From NCBI GenBank assembly GCA_950097015.1, contig CATNEN010000038.1, positions 6,572,001-6,636,000 of the forward strand: 64,000 nucleotides of DNA, in the 5' to 3' direction. This DNA comes from Macrostomum hystrix (lineage: Eukaryota; Animalia; Platyhelminthes). The notes under the pieces were generated by a model, which saw only the letters and a list, made by a program, of their open reading frames with translations, made no database searches and was not told the origin of the DNA. The position numbers were made by a program, and so were the translations under genes. Shown piece after piece: positions 1-13,444 of the stretch; positions within the stretch are counted from its first letter, which is position 1, and each line of letters opens with the position of its first letter.

Positions 1-640
1 CTGTCACTATCCCAGCCTCCCATCTGTCACTATCCCAGCCTCCCATCTGTCACTATCCCAGCCTCCCATCTGTCACTATCACAGCCCCCCATCTGTCACT
101 ATCCCAGCCTCCCATCTGTCACTATCACAGCCCCCCATCTGTCACTATCCCAGCCTCCCATCTGTCACTATCACAGCCCCCCATCTGTCACTATCCCAGC
201 CTCCCATCTGTCACTATCACAGCCTCCCATCTGTCACTATCTCAGCCTCCCATCTGTCACTATCCCAGCCTCCCATCTGTCACTATCCCAGCCTCCCATC
301 TGTCACTATCCCAGCCCCCCATCTGTCACTATCACAGCCCCCCATCTGTCACTATCCCAGCCTCCCATCTGTCACTATCACAGCCCCCCATCTGTCACTA
401 TCCCAGCCTCCCATCTGTCACTATCACAGCCCCCCATCTGTCACTATCCCAGCCTCCCATCTGTCACTATCACAGCCCCCCATCTGTCACTATCACAGCC
501 CCCCATCTGTCACTATCCCAGCCTCCCATCTGTCACTATCACAGCCCCCCATCTGTCACTATCACAGCCCCCCCATCTGTCACTATCACAGCCTCCCATC
601 TGTCACTTTCACAGCCTCCCATCTGTCACTCTCACAGAAG
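1..640. repeat. Minisatellite, 23-bp unit CTGTCACTATC(C/A)CAGCC(T/C)CCCAT, intronic
   Basis: Direct tandem periodicity; ends ~50 nt before an acceptor AG at 692-693. Confidence 0.97.
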
Positions 641-693
641 CCTGTCACATCAGTTAATCGCAAAGCCTCTGTCACTCATCGTTCATCCGGCAG

Positions 694-1069
694 CTCCGGT
701 GGTACTCAGCAGCGCTATCAGCCGCGCCGTCAAAAGCAACCGAAGCCGCCGGCCGAGATTCGCATCTCCGAGCGCATCGACGATCACATGCTTGGCATAA
801 AGCTGCTGCAGGTGCACCGCCTGATGGACGCGCAGCGCAGGCACAGTGCCGAAGACTCCGGCAGTCACGGCAGTGTCCGGCTGGTCATCAGCGCACATCG
901 CGGCAGCACCAGTGGCGGCGAGCCGGCTCTGAAGGCCCTTGCGGCCCGCATCGCTGCTGAACTGCAGCAATCGGCTGACCCTGGCGGCGGCGACTCAGGA
1001 CTGCGCGTCAACCAAGCTGGCCAGGCCTCCGCTGACTCTCTGACCTGCCTTGTCACCTGGGCTGCCTGA
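694..1069 (+). CDS. MTIF3: Terminal exon, probable mitochondrial translation initiation factor 3 (IF3 C-terminal domain)
   Basis: Acceptor CAG at 691-693, open frame to TGA 1069. AEIRISERIDDHMLGIKLLQVHRLM...VRLVI resembles the IF3-C motif KEIKLxxxIDxHDxxxKxxxxxxFL...VKVTI. Upstream exons lie outside the window. Confidence 0.6.
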
Positions 1070-1099
1070 CAGTCCTGGTGGCCCATCAGCACTAACTCC

Positions 1100-1335
1100 G
1101 TACTCCCTTCCTCTCCTTCTCTTCATCCTCCCTTCTCCTTGCCTTCAACCTCCCTTCTCCTTGCCTTCATCCTCCCTTCCTCTCCTTCTCTTCATCCTCC
1201 CTTCTCCTTGCCTTCAACCTCCCTTCTCCTTGCCTTCATCCTCCCTTCCTCTCCTTCTCTTCATCCTCCCTTCTCCTTGCCTTCAACCTCCCTTCTCCTT
1301 GCCTTCATCCTCCCTTCCTCTCCTTCCCTTCGTCC
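1100..1335. repeat. Pyrimidine-rich tandem repeat, 69-bp unit, ~3.5 copies
   Basis: 23-aa periodicity in overlapping spurious ORFs; sits just 3' of the IF3-like stop. Confidence 0.9.
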
Positions 1336-1863
1336 TCCCTTCCTCTCCTTCCCTTTATCCTTCCTTCTCATTGCCTCCAAACATTTTTCCGATCTATTTT
1401 GAATATATTTGAGGCTGGATTCTTGTGTATATTTTGCTGTCTAAACTACGCCATTTGGAACCATAATCTTGTAATTATTTTATCACATCAAATACACTGA
1501 ATTTCTTAAACTAATCTGCTCAGCAAGTTCAAAATTGTGAATGCAATTTACATAGTCAAGTTTAAATGTTGTATTTTCACGCTTAGAAATCATGGTTAAA
1601 AAGTCGTTGCGCTACTTATTAGTAGCATAGAGATGGCATGCATGTATGCTTGAGTTTATTAAGCCACTTTCATTTCGCTGAAATTATTTTTTATAATCAA
1701 TCCAGTGAAAATTATTTAAGAAATAATAAAATATGTATTGTTTTTTTGTACAGTCTGTTTGCTTAGTTACACCATCTCCATAATATTACACATTAATGTT
1801 ACACATTACACTTTAGTAATGGTCAGGTAGGAGGACTTTAATGAGGACGGCTGGATGGGCCGC

Positions 1864-2080
1864 TTAGAATCGATCATTCTTGAGCAGGATCTGCTCTGCG
1901 ATAGCGCGGCCGCCCCTGCTGCTGATGCTGCCGCTGCTGCTGAGCCCCACTGGAACTGCTGGCAGGCCATGTAGCCTTCGCTGCCAGCGTGTTGCTGCGG
2001 CTTGGCCAGGGCCTGATAGGCCCCCGGCTGGTGCTGCAGCGGCAGCTGCTGACTGCAGTAGTTTCTGGCGCTGTTGGCGG
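1864..2080 (-). CDS. Probable 3' cytoplasmic exon of the protocadherin (frame unresolved)
   Basis: GC-rich block after a minus-strand acceptor CTGCAG (2081-2086). Two frames are open: one ends ...AIAEQILLKNDRF*, the other runs on to ...SYLTITKV* near 1807. Confidence 0.4.
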
Positions 2081-2394
2081 CTGCAGCGAATTTTTATGGA
2101 TTATGTCAAATACCCACTGCCTACTTCACGACAGCTCCCAAACTGAATGACCGATTTTATTGAAAGTCCACCTATTTACGATTAACTGAATTTCAAACCC
2201 GTTCGACGTCAGCATCGACGAGATATTCAGCGATTCTTGTCGAAGACCCTGTTGACAAGGACAAACTGAAATCGCTCTGTGTACACCTCAATGGCGAATT
2301 CTATCTCGTTGAACATCTCGACGATGCGGATGTTTTGTGATTACGGAAGTTGTTTCACTAGGATTGACCGGCAAGCTTTTGCCTGGGGTATGGA

Positions 2395-2619
2395 TTATCC
2401 TGGTGGAATATTTCGGCAGGTTTGCTTACGCATAGTTCTTGAAGCTGACGCAGGGTTCGCTATCATCACTTGTACGTCTTCGTTTACGCTGTCGTCAACG
2501 CCATTATTCAATGAGGCATTCCGTCGTCTTTGCTGCTGCTGGTTCCGTGTCGGGTGTTTTCCGACCAGGCTGTCATAACGTCGCATAGCGCCACTTCCAT
2601 TGCTGGGCTGCACTGACAC
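2395..2619 (-). CDS. Protocadherin cytoplasmic exon
   Basis: Acceptor AG at 2621-2620, phase 0 (VSVQPSNG...), matching the phase-0 donor at 4614 (…EEDFVQ|GTATG). Confidence 0.55.
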   Translation of the reverse strand: MSVQPSNGSGAMRRYDSLVGKHPTRNQQQQRRRNASLNNGVDDSVNEDVQVMIANPASASRTMRKQTCRNIPPG

Positions 2620-2651
2620 CTGCTGAGTATTAAAGTTTAACAGTTAACAGG

Positions 2652-4610
2652 CGGGGAAGTTCAAGGACTGGAAAAGAGATGGGGAAGTTCCGGGACTGGA
2701 ATGGAGGTGGGGAAGTTCAAGGACTGGAATGGAGGTGGGGATGTTCAAGGACTGGAATGGAGGTGGGGAAGTTCAAGGACTGGAATGGAGATGGGGAAGT
2801 TCAAGGACTGGAATGGAGGTGGGGAAGTTCAAGGACTGGAATGGAGATGGGGATGTTCAAGGACTGGAATGGAGGTGGGGAAGATCAAGGACTGGAATGG
2901 AGATGGGGAAGTTCAAGGACTGGAATGGAGGTGGGGAAGTTCAAGGACTAGCTGGAATGGAGGTGGGGAAGTTTAAGGACTGGAATGGAGGTGGGGAAGT
3001 TCAAGGACTGGAATGAAGATGGGGAAGTTCAAGGGCTAGCTGGAATGGAGGTGGGGAAGTTCAAGGACTGGAATGGAGGTGGGGAAGTTCAAGGAATGGA
3101 ATGGAGGTGGGGAAGTTCCGGGACTGGAATGGAGATGGGGATGTTCAAGGACTGGAATGGAGGTGGGGAAGTTCAAGGACTGGAATGGAGGTGGGGAAGT
3201 TCAAGGACTGGAATGGAGGTGGGGAAGTTCAAGGACTAGCTGGAATGGAGGTGGGGAAGATCAAGGACTGGAATGGAGATGGGGAAGTTCAAGGACTGGA
3301 ATGGAGGTGGGGAAGTTCAAGGACTAGCTGGAATGGAGGTGGGGAAGTTTAAGGACTGGAATGGAGGTGGGGAAGTTCAAGGACTGGAATGGAGGTGGGG
3401 AAGTTCAAGGGCTAGCTGGAATGGAGGTGGGGAAGTTCAAGGACTGGAATGGAGGTGGGGAAGTTCAAGGACTGGAATGGAGGTGGGGAAGTTCAAGGAC
3501 TGGAATGGAGGTGGGGAAGTTCAAGGGCTAGCTGGAATGGAGGTGGGGAAGTTCAAGGACTGGAATGGAGGTGGGGAAGTTCAAGGACTGGAATGGAGGT
3601 GTGGAAGTTCCGGGACTGGAATGGAGGTGGGGATGTTCAAGGACTGGAATGTTGGTGGGGAAGTTCAAGGACTAGCTGGAATGGAGGTGGGGAAGTTCAA
3701 GGACTAGCTGGAATGGAGGTGGGGAAGTTCAAGTACTAGCTGGAATGGAGGTGGGGAAGTTCAAGGACTGGAATGGAGATGGGGATGTTCAAGGACTGGA
3801 ATGGAGGTGGGGAAGTTCAAGGACTGGAATGGAGATGGGGAAGTTCAAGGACTGGAATGGAGATGGGGAAGTTCAAGGACTGGAATGGAGGTGGGGAAGT
3901 TCAAGGACTGGAATGGAGGTGGGGAAGTTCAAGGACTAGCTGGAATGTAGGTGGGGAAGTTCAAGGACTAGCTGGAATGGAGATGGGGAAGTTCAAGGAC
4001 TAACTGGAATGGAGGTGGGGAAGTTCAAGGACTAGCTGGAATGGAGGTGGGGAAGTTCAAGGACTAGCTGGAATGGAGGTGGGGAAGTTCAAGGACTGGA
4101 ATGGAGATGGGGATGTTCAAGGACTGGAATAGAGGTGGGGAAGTTCAAGGACTGGAATGGAGATGGGGAAGTTCAAGGACTGGAATGGAGGTGGGGAAGC
4201 TCAAGGACTAGCTGGAATGGAGATGGGGAAGTTCAAGGACTAGCTGGAATGGAGGTGGGGAAGTTCAAGGACTGGAATGGAGGTGGGGAAGTTCCGGGAC
4301 TGGAATGGAGATGGGGATGTTCAAGGACTGGAATGGAGGTGGGGAAGTTCAAGGACTAGCTGGAATGGAGGTGGGGAAGTTCAAGGACTGGAATGGAGGT
4401 GGGGAAGTTCCGGGACTGGAATGGAGATTGGGATGTTCAAGGACTGGAATGGAGGTGGGGAAGTTCAAGGACTAGCTGGAATGGAGGTCGGGAAGTTCAA
4501 GGACTGGAATGGAGATGGGGATGTTCAAGGACTGGAATGGAGGTGGGGAAGTTCAAGGACTGGAATGGAGGTGGGGAAGTTCAAGGACTGGAATGGAGGT
4601 GGGGAAGTTC
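2652..4610. repeat. Minisatellite, 28-bp unit GGACTGGAATGGAGGTGGGGAAGTTCAA (32-bp variants), fills a protocadherin intron
   Basis: Tandem periodicity; runs to within ~4 nt of the donor at 4614. Confidence 0.97.
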
Positions 4611-4614
4611 ATAC

Positions 4615-4805
4615 CTGGACAAAGTCCTCCTCCAGCAGTACTGCCTGGGTGCTGGTGGCAGTCTGGGTGTCTATTGGCTCCAAGCAACTAATTGGCAGCT
4701 GCCGCAGGTGCTGAGGAGCTGAGGAGCTATATGTTGAGATTCCTGATGTTCTGGTCCGGCTGCCGTCTGGGTGTCGGGGTATGTGTGCAAAGTGTACACG
4801 TGAAA
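4615..4805 (-). CDS. Protocadherin cytoplasmic exon
   Basis: Open frame SRVHFAHIPRHPDG...EEDFVQ; candidate acceptor at 4807-4806, donor GTATG at 4614. Confidence 0.5.
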
Positions 4806-5293
4806 CTACAGTTATAAAGTGCATTTTTGTTTAGTAAAAACCTGGCACAATTAGGCTCGTATGCAAAGCCCTTAGTTTCTGAATAATCCCGGAGCTGCGT
4901 AGAGACTGAAATATAAATCTGCGACAGCTATCTTGTTCTAACTGTATTCAAGAGTGCTCAGAATTTGAATTTATCCTTTTCTGACTCCGGGGGGAATCGG
5001 CTCAACCGATAGCCGTTTGTAGGAGCAACGAACGGTCTAGTTTAGATGTTTTCTACCCGGGATTAGAGATGATCGAGAATGCTCATAGCCATTCTACCCA
5101 CCGAAGAACGCCTTTTCCTCCTGAACACAAATCGAAGCATTTTCAGATACTCGTCTTTTTCTGTAAGTTTGAGGCGCTAGAATGACTAGAATTGTGAGAT
5201 ATTTCATTGTTAACTCTCGCTTTGTCTTGAAATCATCTCTACTCGGATACGTCAGATTTTTATCCCCTGAGAAGCACCAGTAAGAAGACTCAC

Positions 5294-8203
5294 CCGGTGC
5301 GCCTATCTGCCGATGTCTGAGGCACCAGCGCAGAAGCAGCATGACCGCCAGCGCTGTCAGCGCCACCAGCAAGGCCAAGAACACGATCAACGCGGAGGCC
5401 ATTATCGCAGACTTCGTATCTTCGCTGCCACCGGTACCGCCGTTTCTGTCATCGGCATCGCGACCTTCAGCCGACAGCGTCGGGTCGCCGCCGCCGCCTC
5501 CTGACGTTCTCCGTTGATCGCCGATGCCCATCAGTGAACTGCCGCCGCGTCGACCGCCGCCCTCGAAAAGGATTCTCACCCGTTTGCGGCTGACCCGACC
5601 TCGCGGCTTGTCCTTGTTGTAGACCTCCAACTGGAAGCGGTAAAACCTGGCGGTGCAAAGCTCCGGAGTGGTGTTCAAGTACACGTGACCCGTGTCCGCG
5701 TCGATTCTTAAGCTGTGCAGCGGTACGGAGGGTGCCTGGCCCAGGTCAGGAGCGAAATCGACAAGACGGTAGCCGAGTTGGCGGTTCACTTCGCTGGAAT
5801 CTGCGTCCCTAGCCTCGACATCCTCTGGCGATGTCACGCGATTATTTGGAAGCGCTTTGTCGCAGCTGACCTTGAGTGTGAGATCCGCTGTGCGGACAAA
5901 CTCTGGCTGGTTGTCGTTAACGTCTTCTACATTGACAATCAGGCTGGCCGTACCGGTTAGTCGTGGCGATAATCCGCCGTCCTTTGCTAACAGCTCCAAT
6001 GTGAACTTTGACTGGCCGTCTGGGCCGTCCGTATTGAGAGGCCGAATAAGCGTTAGCTTGCCATTCTTGACGTCCAGCCGGAACTGTGGGTGATCCCTGC
6101 GCCAGTTGGGTGGGCCGTGTGAGTTGTGCGTCTGGCGCAGCTCGTAGTAGATTGTGCCGTTCAGGCCAAGATCGCAGTCGACCGCGAGAACTTGCGTCAA
6201 AAGCGAGCCCACCGGGGCATTCTCCAGCACAATCACTGGTGGCAGCCACACCGGGCCTGTTGGTTGAATGCTGCAGTTGACGATTGCTCTTTTATTAGTG
6301 GGGTCAGCTACAAACCATGGCTGGTAATCATTAACGTCAAGAATTCGAACGGACACGTTGGTTTCGGCCTTGTGAATCACTCCCGAATCGGTCCCATTAG
6401 TGTCCAGGACAATAAGACTGAAATTGTATCTGTCCTTGGCCTCGCGGTCGAATGGGGCAAGGGTTCTCAGCCAACATCTGCTCCCATCTAGTCTGTTGCA
6501 CTCGACATCGAAGTGGCTAGCGCCGTCACCGACAATTTTTAATTTGCGATTTACTGGATTGTGACTGTCGTGGTCCGGGTCTTGCACTCGAAACTGGGGT
6601 TTGGTTCATGTTTGAAGTAGGTTACAAATAAGAGCGCAACAATGGCATCGCAGATAATCCCAAATCCCGCTCTCCCGCTTACCTCATATACGTTTGAAAA
6701 CACTTTCGTGTCCTCCGCAATACTGAAGTCCATCGGCGAAACCTCAAATCTCGGCTCGTTGTCGTTCTGATCCAGCACGCTGACGTAAACTTTCGCTGTG
6801 CTAGTTCTTTGGGGCACCCCGTGGTCTGTACAGTGAATCGCAATGCCGTAAACAGCGCGATCTTCCCGGTCAAGTGATTGGTTCGTCTTCAGCTCGTAGG
6901 TTGTCATTGATGAGGAACTGGAAGTTTTAGTCAGCAGAAACCTCTGTGTACCATAGGGTTTCCTCGGAAGCGAGCACGTGACTTCACCGCCGTCCCCCGT
7001 GTCCTCATCGTGCACTAATATGTTTAAAAAGTGCAGTGGAACCTCGTTGTTCTCAATAATTGTCACATGATTGGTGCTAATCTGAATTTTCGGCGCATTG
7101 TCGTTCGCGTCAAGCACAGTAATAGTCACTGTAGCTGTCGTAGACTTCCGCGGCTCTCCGTTATCCACTGCGGCAACCACTACGCGATGCTCCTTGATCT
7201 TCTGCTCATAGTCTAACTCGTTGGAATTTTTCAGCTTTAAATTGCCATCGCTGGTGACATAGAAGAGTCCTCCGCTATTAGTCAGTAGGCGGTACTCCAC
7301 CCTGCCGAATTCAGAGTCTGCGTCGGTGGCATGCAGGCGCAAAAGTGGATCCGGCGGATGAGTCTCGTATACGCTGATACTGAAATTCTGTCCTGGCTGC
7401 CACACCGGCGCATTATCGTTGACATCTTTTATGTTAACATCCAACGTCACAGTGGCAGTATGTATTTGATGTGTGTCTAGAGCGAATAGACAGTACTGGT
7501 AGCGATCGACCGTTTCCCGATCCAGTTGACCCACAAGCTTTAGCTTCACATCCTGGGGTCCAAAATGCTCATTTTCCTTGAGCTCCAGCGTGAATTTTGT
7601 ACTTGCCTGTACGCCAGGTGCGCATGAGCCCAGCCGGTACTCCAGGTGACAGCTTGCGAAACCGCTGCGGTCTGCGTCCTCCGCTTTTGGCAGATTGAAA
7701 GATTGACCGGGTGAAGCGCTCTCCAAGACAATAAAATCCAGTCTCGAGGTTTGGAACCGCGGCGGTGAGTTATTCACATCGCCCACCGTAATGGTCATTG
7801 CGACGCTGTCTGTGAGCTGCGGCCTCTGCTGATTCGCAATGAACAATCGGGCATCGATTTCGCAGACATCGTTTTTATTCTCCTCGCGACAGTCCGGACT
7901 GCTGACAGGCGGGCAGATCTCCTGGCGGTTTAGCGGTCCACGGGAGGTCAGAGTGCCGCTGCGTGCATCCAAATGCAGAAAGCTGTGAGAAGGCGTCATC
8001 GTATAGATCACGTGGCTCCAGTCTGGCTCGAATTTGTCCGCCACCGATTTCGGCAACTTGTCACGCACGGAGCCGAAGCTCACCGCCTTGTCCTCTTCAA
8101 GTTTGTCGAATTTTATCTTTTCCTGGCTCATTACCTCAGCCATGGCACAAACTAGGACCTGCAGCGCGAAGAGACACCAAAGGCTCCGTGCAGCAGCTCG
8201 CAT
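5294..8203 (-). CDS. Protocadherin (delta-type, 7 cadherin repeats, TM): main exons 8203-6683 and 6593-5294
   Basis: Signal peptide MRAAARSLWCLFALQVLVCA (alternative ATG at 8296). DxNDNxP linkers: DVNNSPP, DVNDNAP, DANDNAP, DQNDNEP, DVNDYQP, DVNDNQP. LDRE/LDYE motifs present. An 89-nt GTAAG...CCCAG intron (6682-6594) joins VYE|FRVQDPD in frame. TM AIMASALIVFLALLVALTALAVMLLL; donor GTGAG at 5293. Confidence 0.93.
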
Positions 8204-9841
8204 GCCGACTGAACTGAGTCGATCTACAAATGGTGGAAGCCGCGAAATTAGCTTAATTCTAACACATAAACCTCCCGAGGCGATCGGAGCGAGCATTGCC
8301 AGCACTTTTTGTCGAAATAATAATCTGACAACTGAGCTCGTAAAAAGGAAATGAAAATTAACAGATGCGGTTTCAGTCTCTCAATAGCTGCAAAACATCA
8401 ACTGACATTGACCCTACCGCCATGCTTATAAAGACACTCTTGTTAACTTCAGAGGCTAAGTGGCTTCGTTTTGTCCAGATTTTTATCAAATCGCCTATGA
8501 GAATGTACGAGCGTATTATCGATTTGCATATTCTTTGCGTCTTCTTAAAACCTGGAAAACATTTGACAAGATAAACAAGCTAAAACAAGAAATCTGAGAA
8601 AAGCTATTAGACTATCGATCGAGATGGCATGAGCCGATATAAAGGCGAGCGACTACTGCAGCTCTGCGATTGTCATCGGCTGACAGACACACTCCGTTTT
8701 TATCTTTTGAATTCATCCAGCGGTGTCATATTCTTTATTGAAAACTAGAATTGGACGAAGACCATGGGCACTGAATCTCTTTTTTATCGGTTCTAAATCA
8801 ACTGGCAAGCATGCTAGTTGCTAAGCATAAATTATCACCGCTTTTAGTACCTTAGCCAGTGAATTTATAGACTGCACCCCTGTCTTTTGCTATTACCTAA
8901 CTGCTGTGATGCTAGCTCATTTGTCTGCTATTGTTCTTTCTTGTTCTCTCTTGTTCTTACTCGATGATATTTCTTACAGTTATCTATGGCACTAAACCCC
9001 ATTTACATGGCCCCTCTAAGCTTGTAAGACCTTACGCTCCTTATATATAGCCACACGCTGCCGATGAGCAAGCTTTCATCAACATAGAAACAGCCGAGTT
9101 CGACCTACATCACTAACTAATTCCCATTCATGGTAAAAACATTCCTGCTGGGAATGACAGTCGCGCCCGGAAAATTAATTGCACTAGATAGTGCTGAAAA
9201 TAGTGCTTAAATTCTTGAGGAAAGGCAGCAAAAACTGACTCAAAATTAAGTCTCCCACCTATGAACCATTATGTGAAGTTCGTGTCTGCAATTGATCATT
9301 TACTTGATTATGCTACAGAAAAAGCAGCTGCACGACCTAATTAGGGATAATTGAATCCTTGAATCCTTTCAAGATTTAATTCAAGCCTATCCTGAATGTA
9401 ATGTACTGGGGGTCATGCATGCTTTTCTTTGGCTTAAAGCTAATTGTGAGTAAGCAATGATTCGATTCTGAATGAAGATTTGTTAATTCTGAAAAAAACT
9501 GCCTGCTAGATTAATTATCCAAGCGGCTAGCCTCTGGGAACTTGGCGCGACCTTTTAACATTGCTGGCCACATGCAGACACGGCCTCCAAAAACACCTAA
9601 ATATTCTCTCCCAACAGCTAGCTTGTCTTAACTCTCGATCTCACCTCTCACCTGTCTCACCTCTCACTTGTCTCATCTTTCTCAATTATCTTGTCTGATC
9701 TCGTTCTTGACCACTGTTCGGCGCTGTCGATTAGTCGTTTAATCCAAGTCTATCTGACGCGTAATTTAACAAAAAGTAAAAGAGCTGTTGCTATAATGCA
9801 GTCTGCTTCTTTTTTGAGGTCTAATTGATGTAAAAAGGTTG

Positions 9842-10680
9842 TGTGGCGGTCACGCCACACGCGCGTGCACGCTCCGGCAGCTACCCCAACCCCGGCCAGG
9901 AAGGCCGGCGCTATGTGCATAAACGCTGTGCGTTGACTGGCTGCCCTGTGTACACCGCTGGCATATATAACTTAAGACCTTTACGTGGTGCGCCTTGCCC
10001 CTTCTTCTGCCAAATAAAATTTACGTGGCTCAACTCGCCACATTGGTGAGCCCGACTCTCAACCGCCTGTTTGAGAAGAACCCCTCAGTATGTCAACTGA
10101 GTCTGCAGCGGCCGTACTTCGGGCCCTTCAAGGTCCTTGAGCGCGGAGCCAGGACCTTCCGCCTCGACCTGGGCACGCGGCAGGATCACGTGGCAGTGGA
10201 CAGACTCAAGCCTGCGGTGCTCGACCCCTGCGAGGCGATTCCGGCTCCGGCGCTGCGGCCACGAGGCCGCCCCCGCCGGGACGGCCGTCCACAACTGCCA
10301 CGGGATGGAGACCCCCCGGTCGCAGCTGCGCAACCGCCAGCGCCGCCGCCGGCGCACCTACCGACAGGCCTCCCACCGGTGCAAGCGGCCCTGCCTCCAG
10401 CGTCCGGTCGCCGCCAGCTTCCGCCTCGTCGGTGCCGCCCGACGCGGTTTCGGTCCTAGGCCAGCGCTGGGGGGAGCCATGTGGCGGTCACGCCACACGC
10501 GCGTGCGCGCTCCGGCAGCTACCCCAACCCCGGCCAGGAAGGCCGGCGCTATGTGCATAAACGCTGTGCGTTGACTGGCTGCCCTGTGTACACCGCTGGC
10601 ATATATAACTTAAGACCTTTACGTGGTGCGCCTTGCCCCTTCTTCTGCCAAATAAAATTTACGTGGCTCAACTCGCCACA
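9842..10680 (+). mobile_element. Internally deleted Ty3/Gypsy LTR retrotransposon (839 bp, TRIM-like)
   Basis: 201-bp LTRs 9842-10042 and 10480-10680 (TGTGGCG...CGCCACA; one mismatch seen). PBS TGGTGAGCCCGAC at 10044, PPT GGGGGGAG before the 3' LTR. Internal frame LQRPYFGPFKVLER...FRLDLG...VAVDRLKP is the integrase GPF/Y tail. Flanks GTTG/GTTT. Confidence 0.93.
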
Positions 10681-13444
10681 GTTTAATATATTTTTTCATC
10701 TTCTTCATCCTTCTTCTAAACGCAACACGTATAAAAACAGCGCAAAGTATAAGTATTATACTTACCAGATCTAAAATGTTTCTTGTGGCAATTTCAAAGT
10801 GCAGCAATTAACTAATTCTACTGTATCAGCCTAATGTCGAGATTAGTAATCGTTCGGTGAATAGTTAACTACCGCTATTTAAACATGACAACTATATTCT
10901 AGGCCAATAATAGTTCTTCGATTTTGAGAATGTATCGAGGTGGATTTTTTAAACAAATTTAGAAATTTAGATTCTAAGCGGAAGTGGGTCAGAAGTCTAG
11001 CAGAAGTCCGGACTCTATATCGCTTTCCTTTCTATAGGCGTTCTATAGTCTGGTTTTACAGAAGCGATCTAAAAGCTCCTCTTCTTTGAGAACACTGCTC
11101 GCTCGCGTGCGACTTAAATCGCGCAGTTTGCGTAGCCACTAACTGCGCGAGATTTGATTGGCTGCTCAAAAAACTACTTCTTTTACTATGGGTATTACAG
11201 AGAGAGACAGAAACCAAAAATATTGGGGAGGGGACAATTACGATAAGCTCTTATCCAACCCCTCTCCCCATTTAGGGCAGTCCACGAGGCGTGGCTGGCT
11301 TTGTGGAGCTGGGGTGGGGCCAAGTGTGGGTTTAAGGAGGGTCGGCGCTAGGAACCGTCAAAGACAAGTGCTCACCATGCATATACGCACCCCTTCGATT
11401 CTGATCAACTTGGCCGTTTAAAGCTCTGATCTGTCAATTCCCTGAACCCCCCCGCCACTTCCACATTGCATTGAGCGATCTCGATCCTATAGCACTGTAT
11501 AGCTCTATCTCGTATTTGACTTTTTCACTAATTCGGCGGATGTGGTCACAGCTAGCTGTTGCCAGTGCTGCACTGGCTGGAACAAAGAGAGCTGTAGAAA
11601 TCCTATAGGAACAATTCTTAATGCTAACTGTGTATACTATAGAGCAGTGACGTATTTCGTAAAAAGGCACCATGACATCAGCGCTAAATTCCCGTGCGAA
11701 CTCAGGCACATATACACGCAAGCACGCGACACGAAATATCGATCAGTGCAGGCCCGCCCCCCCCCCGGAATCTCAATCGGATCGATGCATGTGCAGTTTG
11801 TATACGTCGCTATTATTTCCTCTCAGATTTTCGCTGGGTTTTTAAACTGAGTTACAGCCATAGTCTGCATTTTGGTGAATCTACGATCGTACGAGTATGC
11901 TAGCTGCTACCAGCAACCTGGAATTATGAATTCCACATATATATAATACTGACCCATGGCTGGTTAATACAGTGCGTGAATTAGTATGCGTAATACGTAC
12001 TGGTGCAACAACAATATTTTAGGCATGAAAGTATAAATAAATGATTTACCCCTTGTACATGACCACGTGCGTGCGACATCAAAAAAGTTAATAAATGTGT
12101 ATAGGCTATTAAATACACATGGGTAAATTACATATAATTACTGATAAATAAATGAGGATCAACTCGACTCAAAAATAAACATTTAAAGGTAAACTTCATC
12201 AATCGCCGTTTGCGCGTTTCGAGATGGAAGATTTGATGAGTGATATGGCCATGTTATCTTAACTTGTGCATAACATTTTTACTTAAATATGCTTTGATAT
12301 TTCTCAGCCGCGCATGTATATGGCTGTCCATATATATATAGATCAGTTGGTTGCTAGCATAATATGCTCTTTAAATTTAGCAAGTCCATAAGCAGTGAAA
12401 ACTCAAAGTGCGCCAGTTAAATGTTCTGCTCTTTTATTGAGAACACAAAAAACAATTGGAGTTGCAACCCACGCGTAGATCGCGCTCATACTTTTCGTCA
12501 TGGATTTATTACGAGTAAATAAAATAAATGTATAACTTTTTTTAGACCATGGGAATAAAAAACTAATGTCACATCCTTAGGCAGTTTTGAATTTCAGATC
12601 GCTATAGCTTATGGATAAAAAGCGTTAGCTAGACAACGAGTTAAGAATATTGCACATCTTGATTATGTTTCTAGCAGATTCTGTAATTACAATTATAGCC
12701 ACAGCAGTATAGATGTAATATATTTGACCTATAATTTTTCTTAAAACATAATGGAATATTTCAGTCTTGCAAGTCTATTATCAGATTTGTTTAAATATAT
12801 AAACACCGTTAACGAAACGGCATGAATTTTAAACAGGCTCCAAATTTTAAATACTTGTGCATGCTTTCGTCACATCGATATCGTTAGATATTATTGGGCT
12901 ATTTATGAACAAAGTGTTTCAGATATGTACTATGTACTATACTTAACTAAACCAGAAATTATGCCTTAGGCCTATGCCTTATGGTTCTTATTAATTATTA
13001 TACAGTTATTCTTCGTAAGGCCCAAATTAAGTTTTGGTTGTCAATGTCCATCTTGCTAGGCCTAGTTAAATTCAAATATTCAATGGCTTTATTTTTTCTA
13101 ATTTAAGGTAACTAGCATTAACACAGGACAGCCTTAGCCTAGGCTGCCTAGCAACTATCGCTAACCATTTCCATGGCTAGCAAAAATTACTGATACATTG
13201 TGATGTATCAGCTGGGCCCCTTGCAAGTTGCACCATCAGAAAAAAGCTTACAAACACCTTATCACCTTAAGTGTTGTAGGCCTAAGATTGTAATAAATAA
13301 TTTGTGTCACTTTTATTTATCAGTATTCTTGGCATATTTTGACTGACTTTGTCCTGCTGCCCACACCTTACAGGTTAATGCCAAATGGCCCTAAAAGGCT
13401 TTGGCCAGCTTGATTTTTGTATGGGCCCAGCTAAAATATTGTTT

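Noticed and set aside
5313-8354. Plus-strand and alternative-frame ORFs over the protocadherin
   Set aside because: They are shadow ORFs of a GC-rich coding region with no recognisable motifs.
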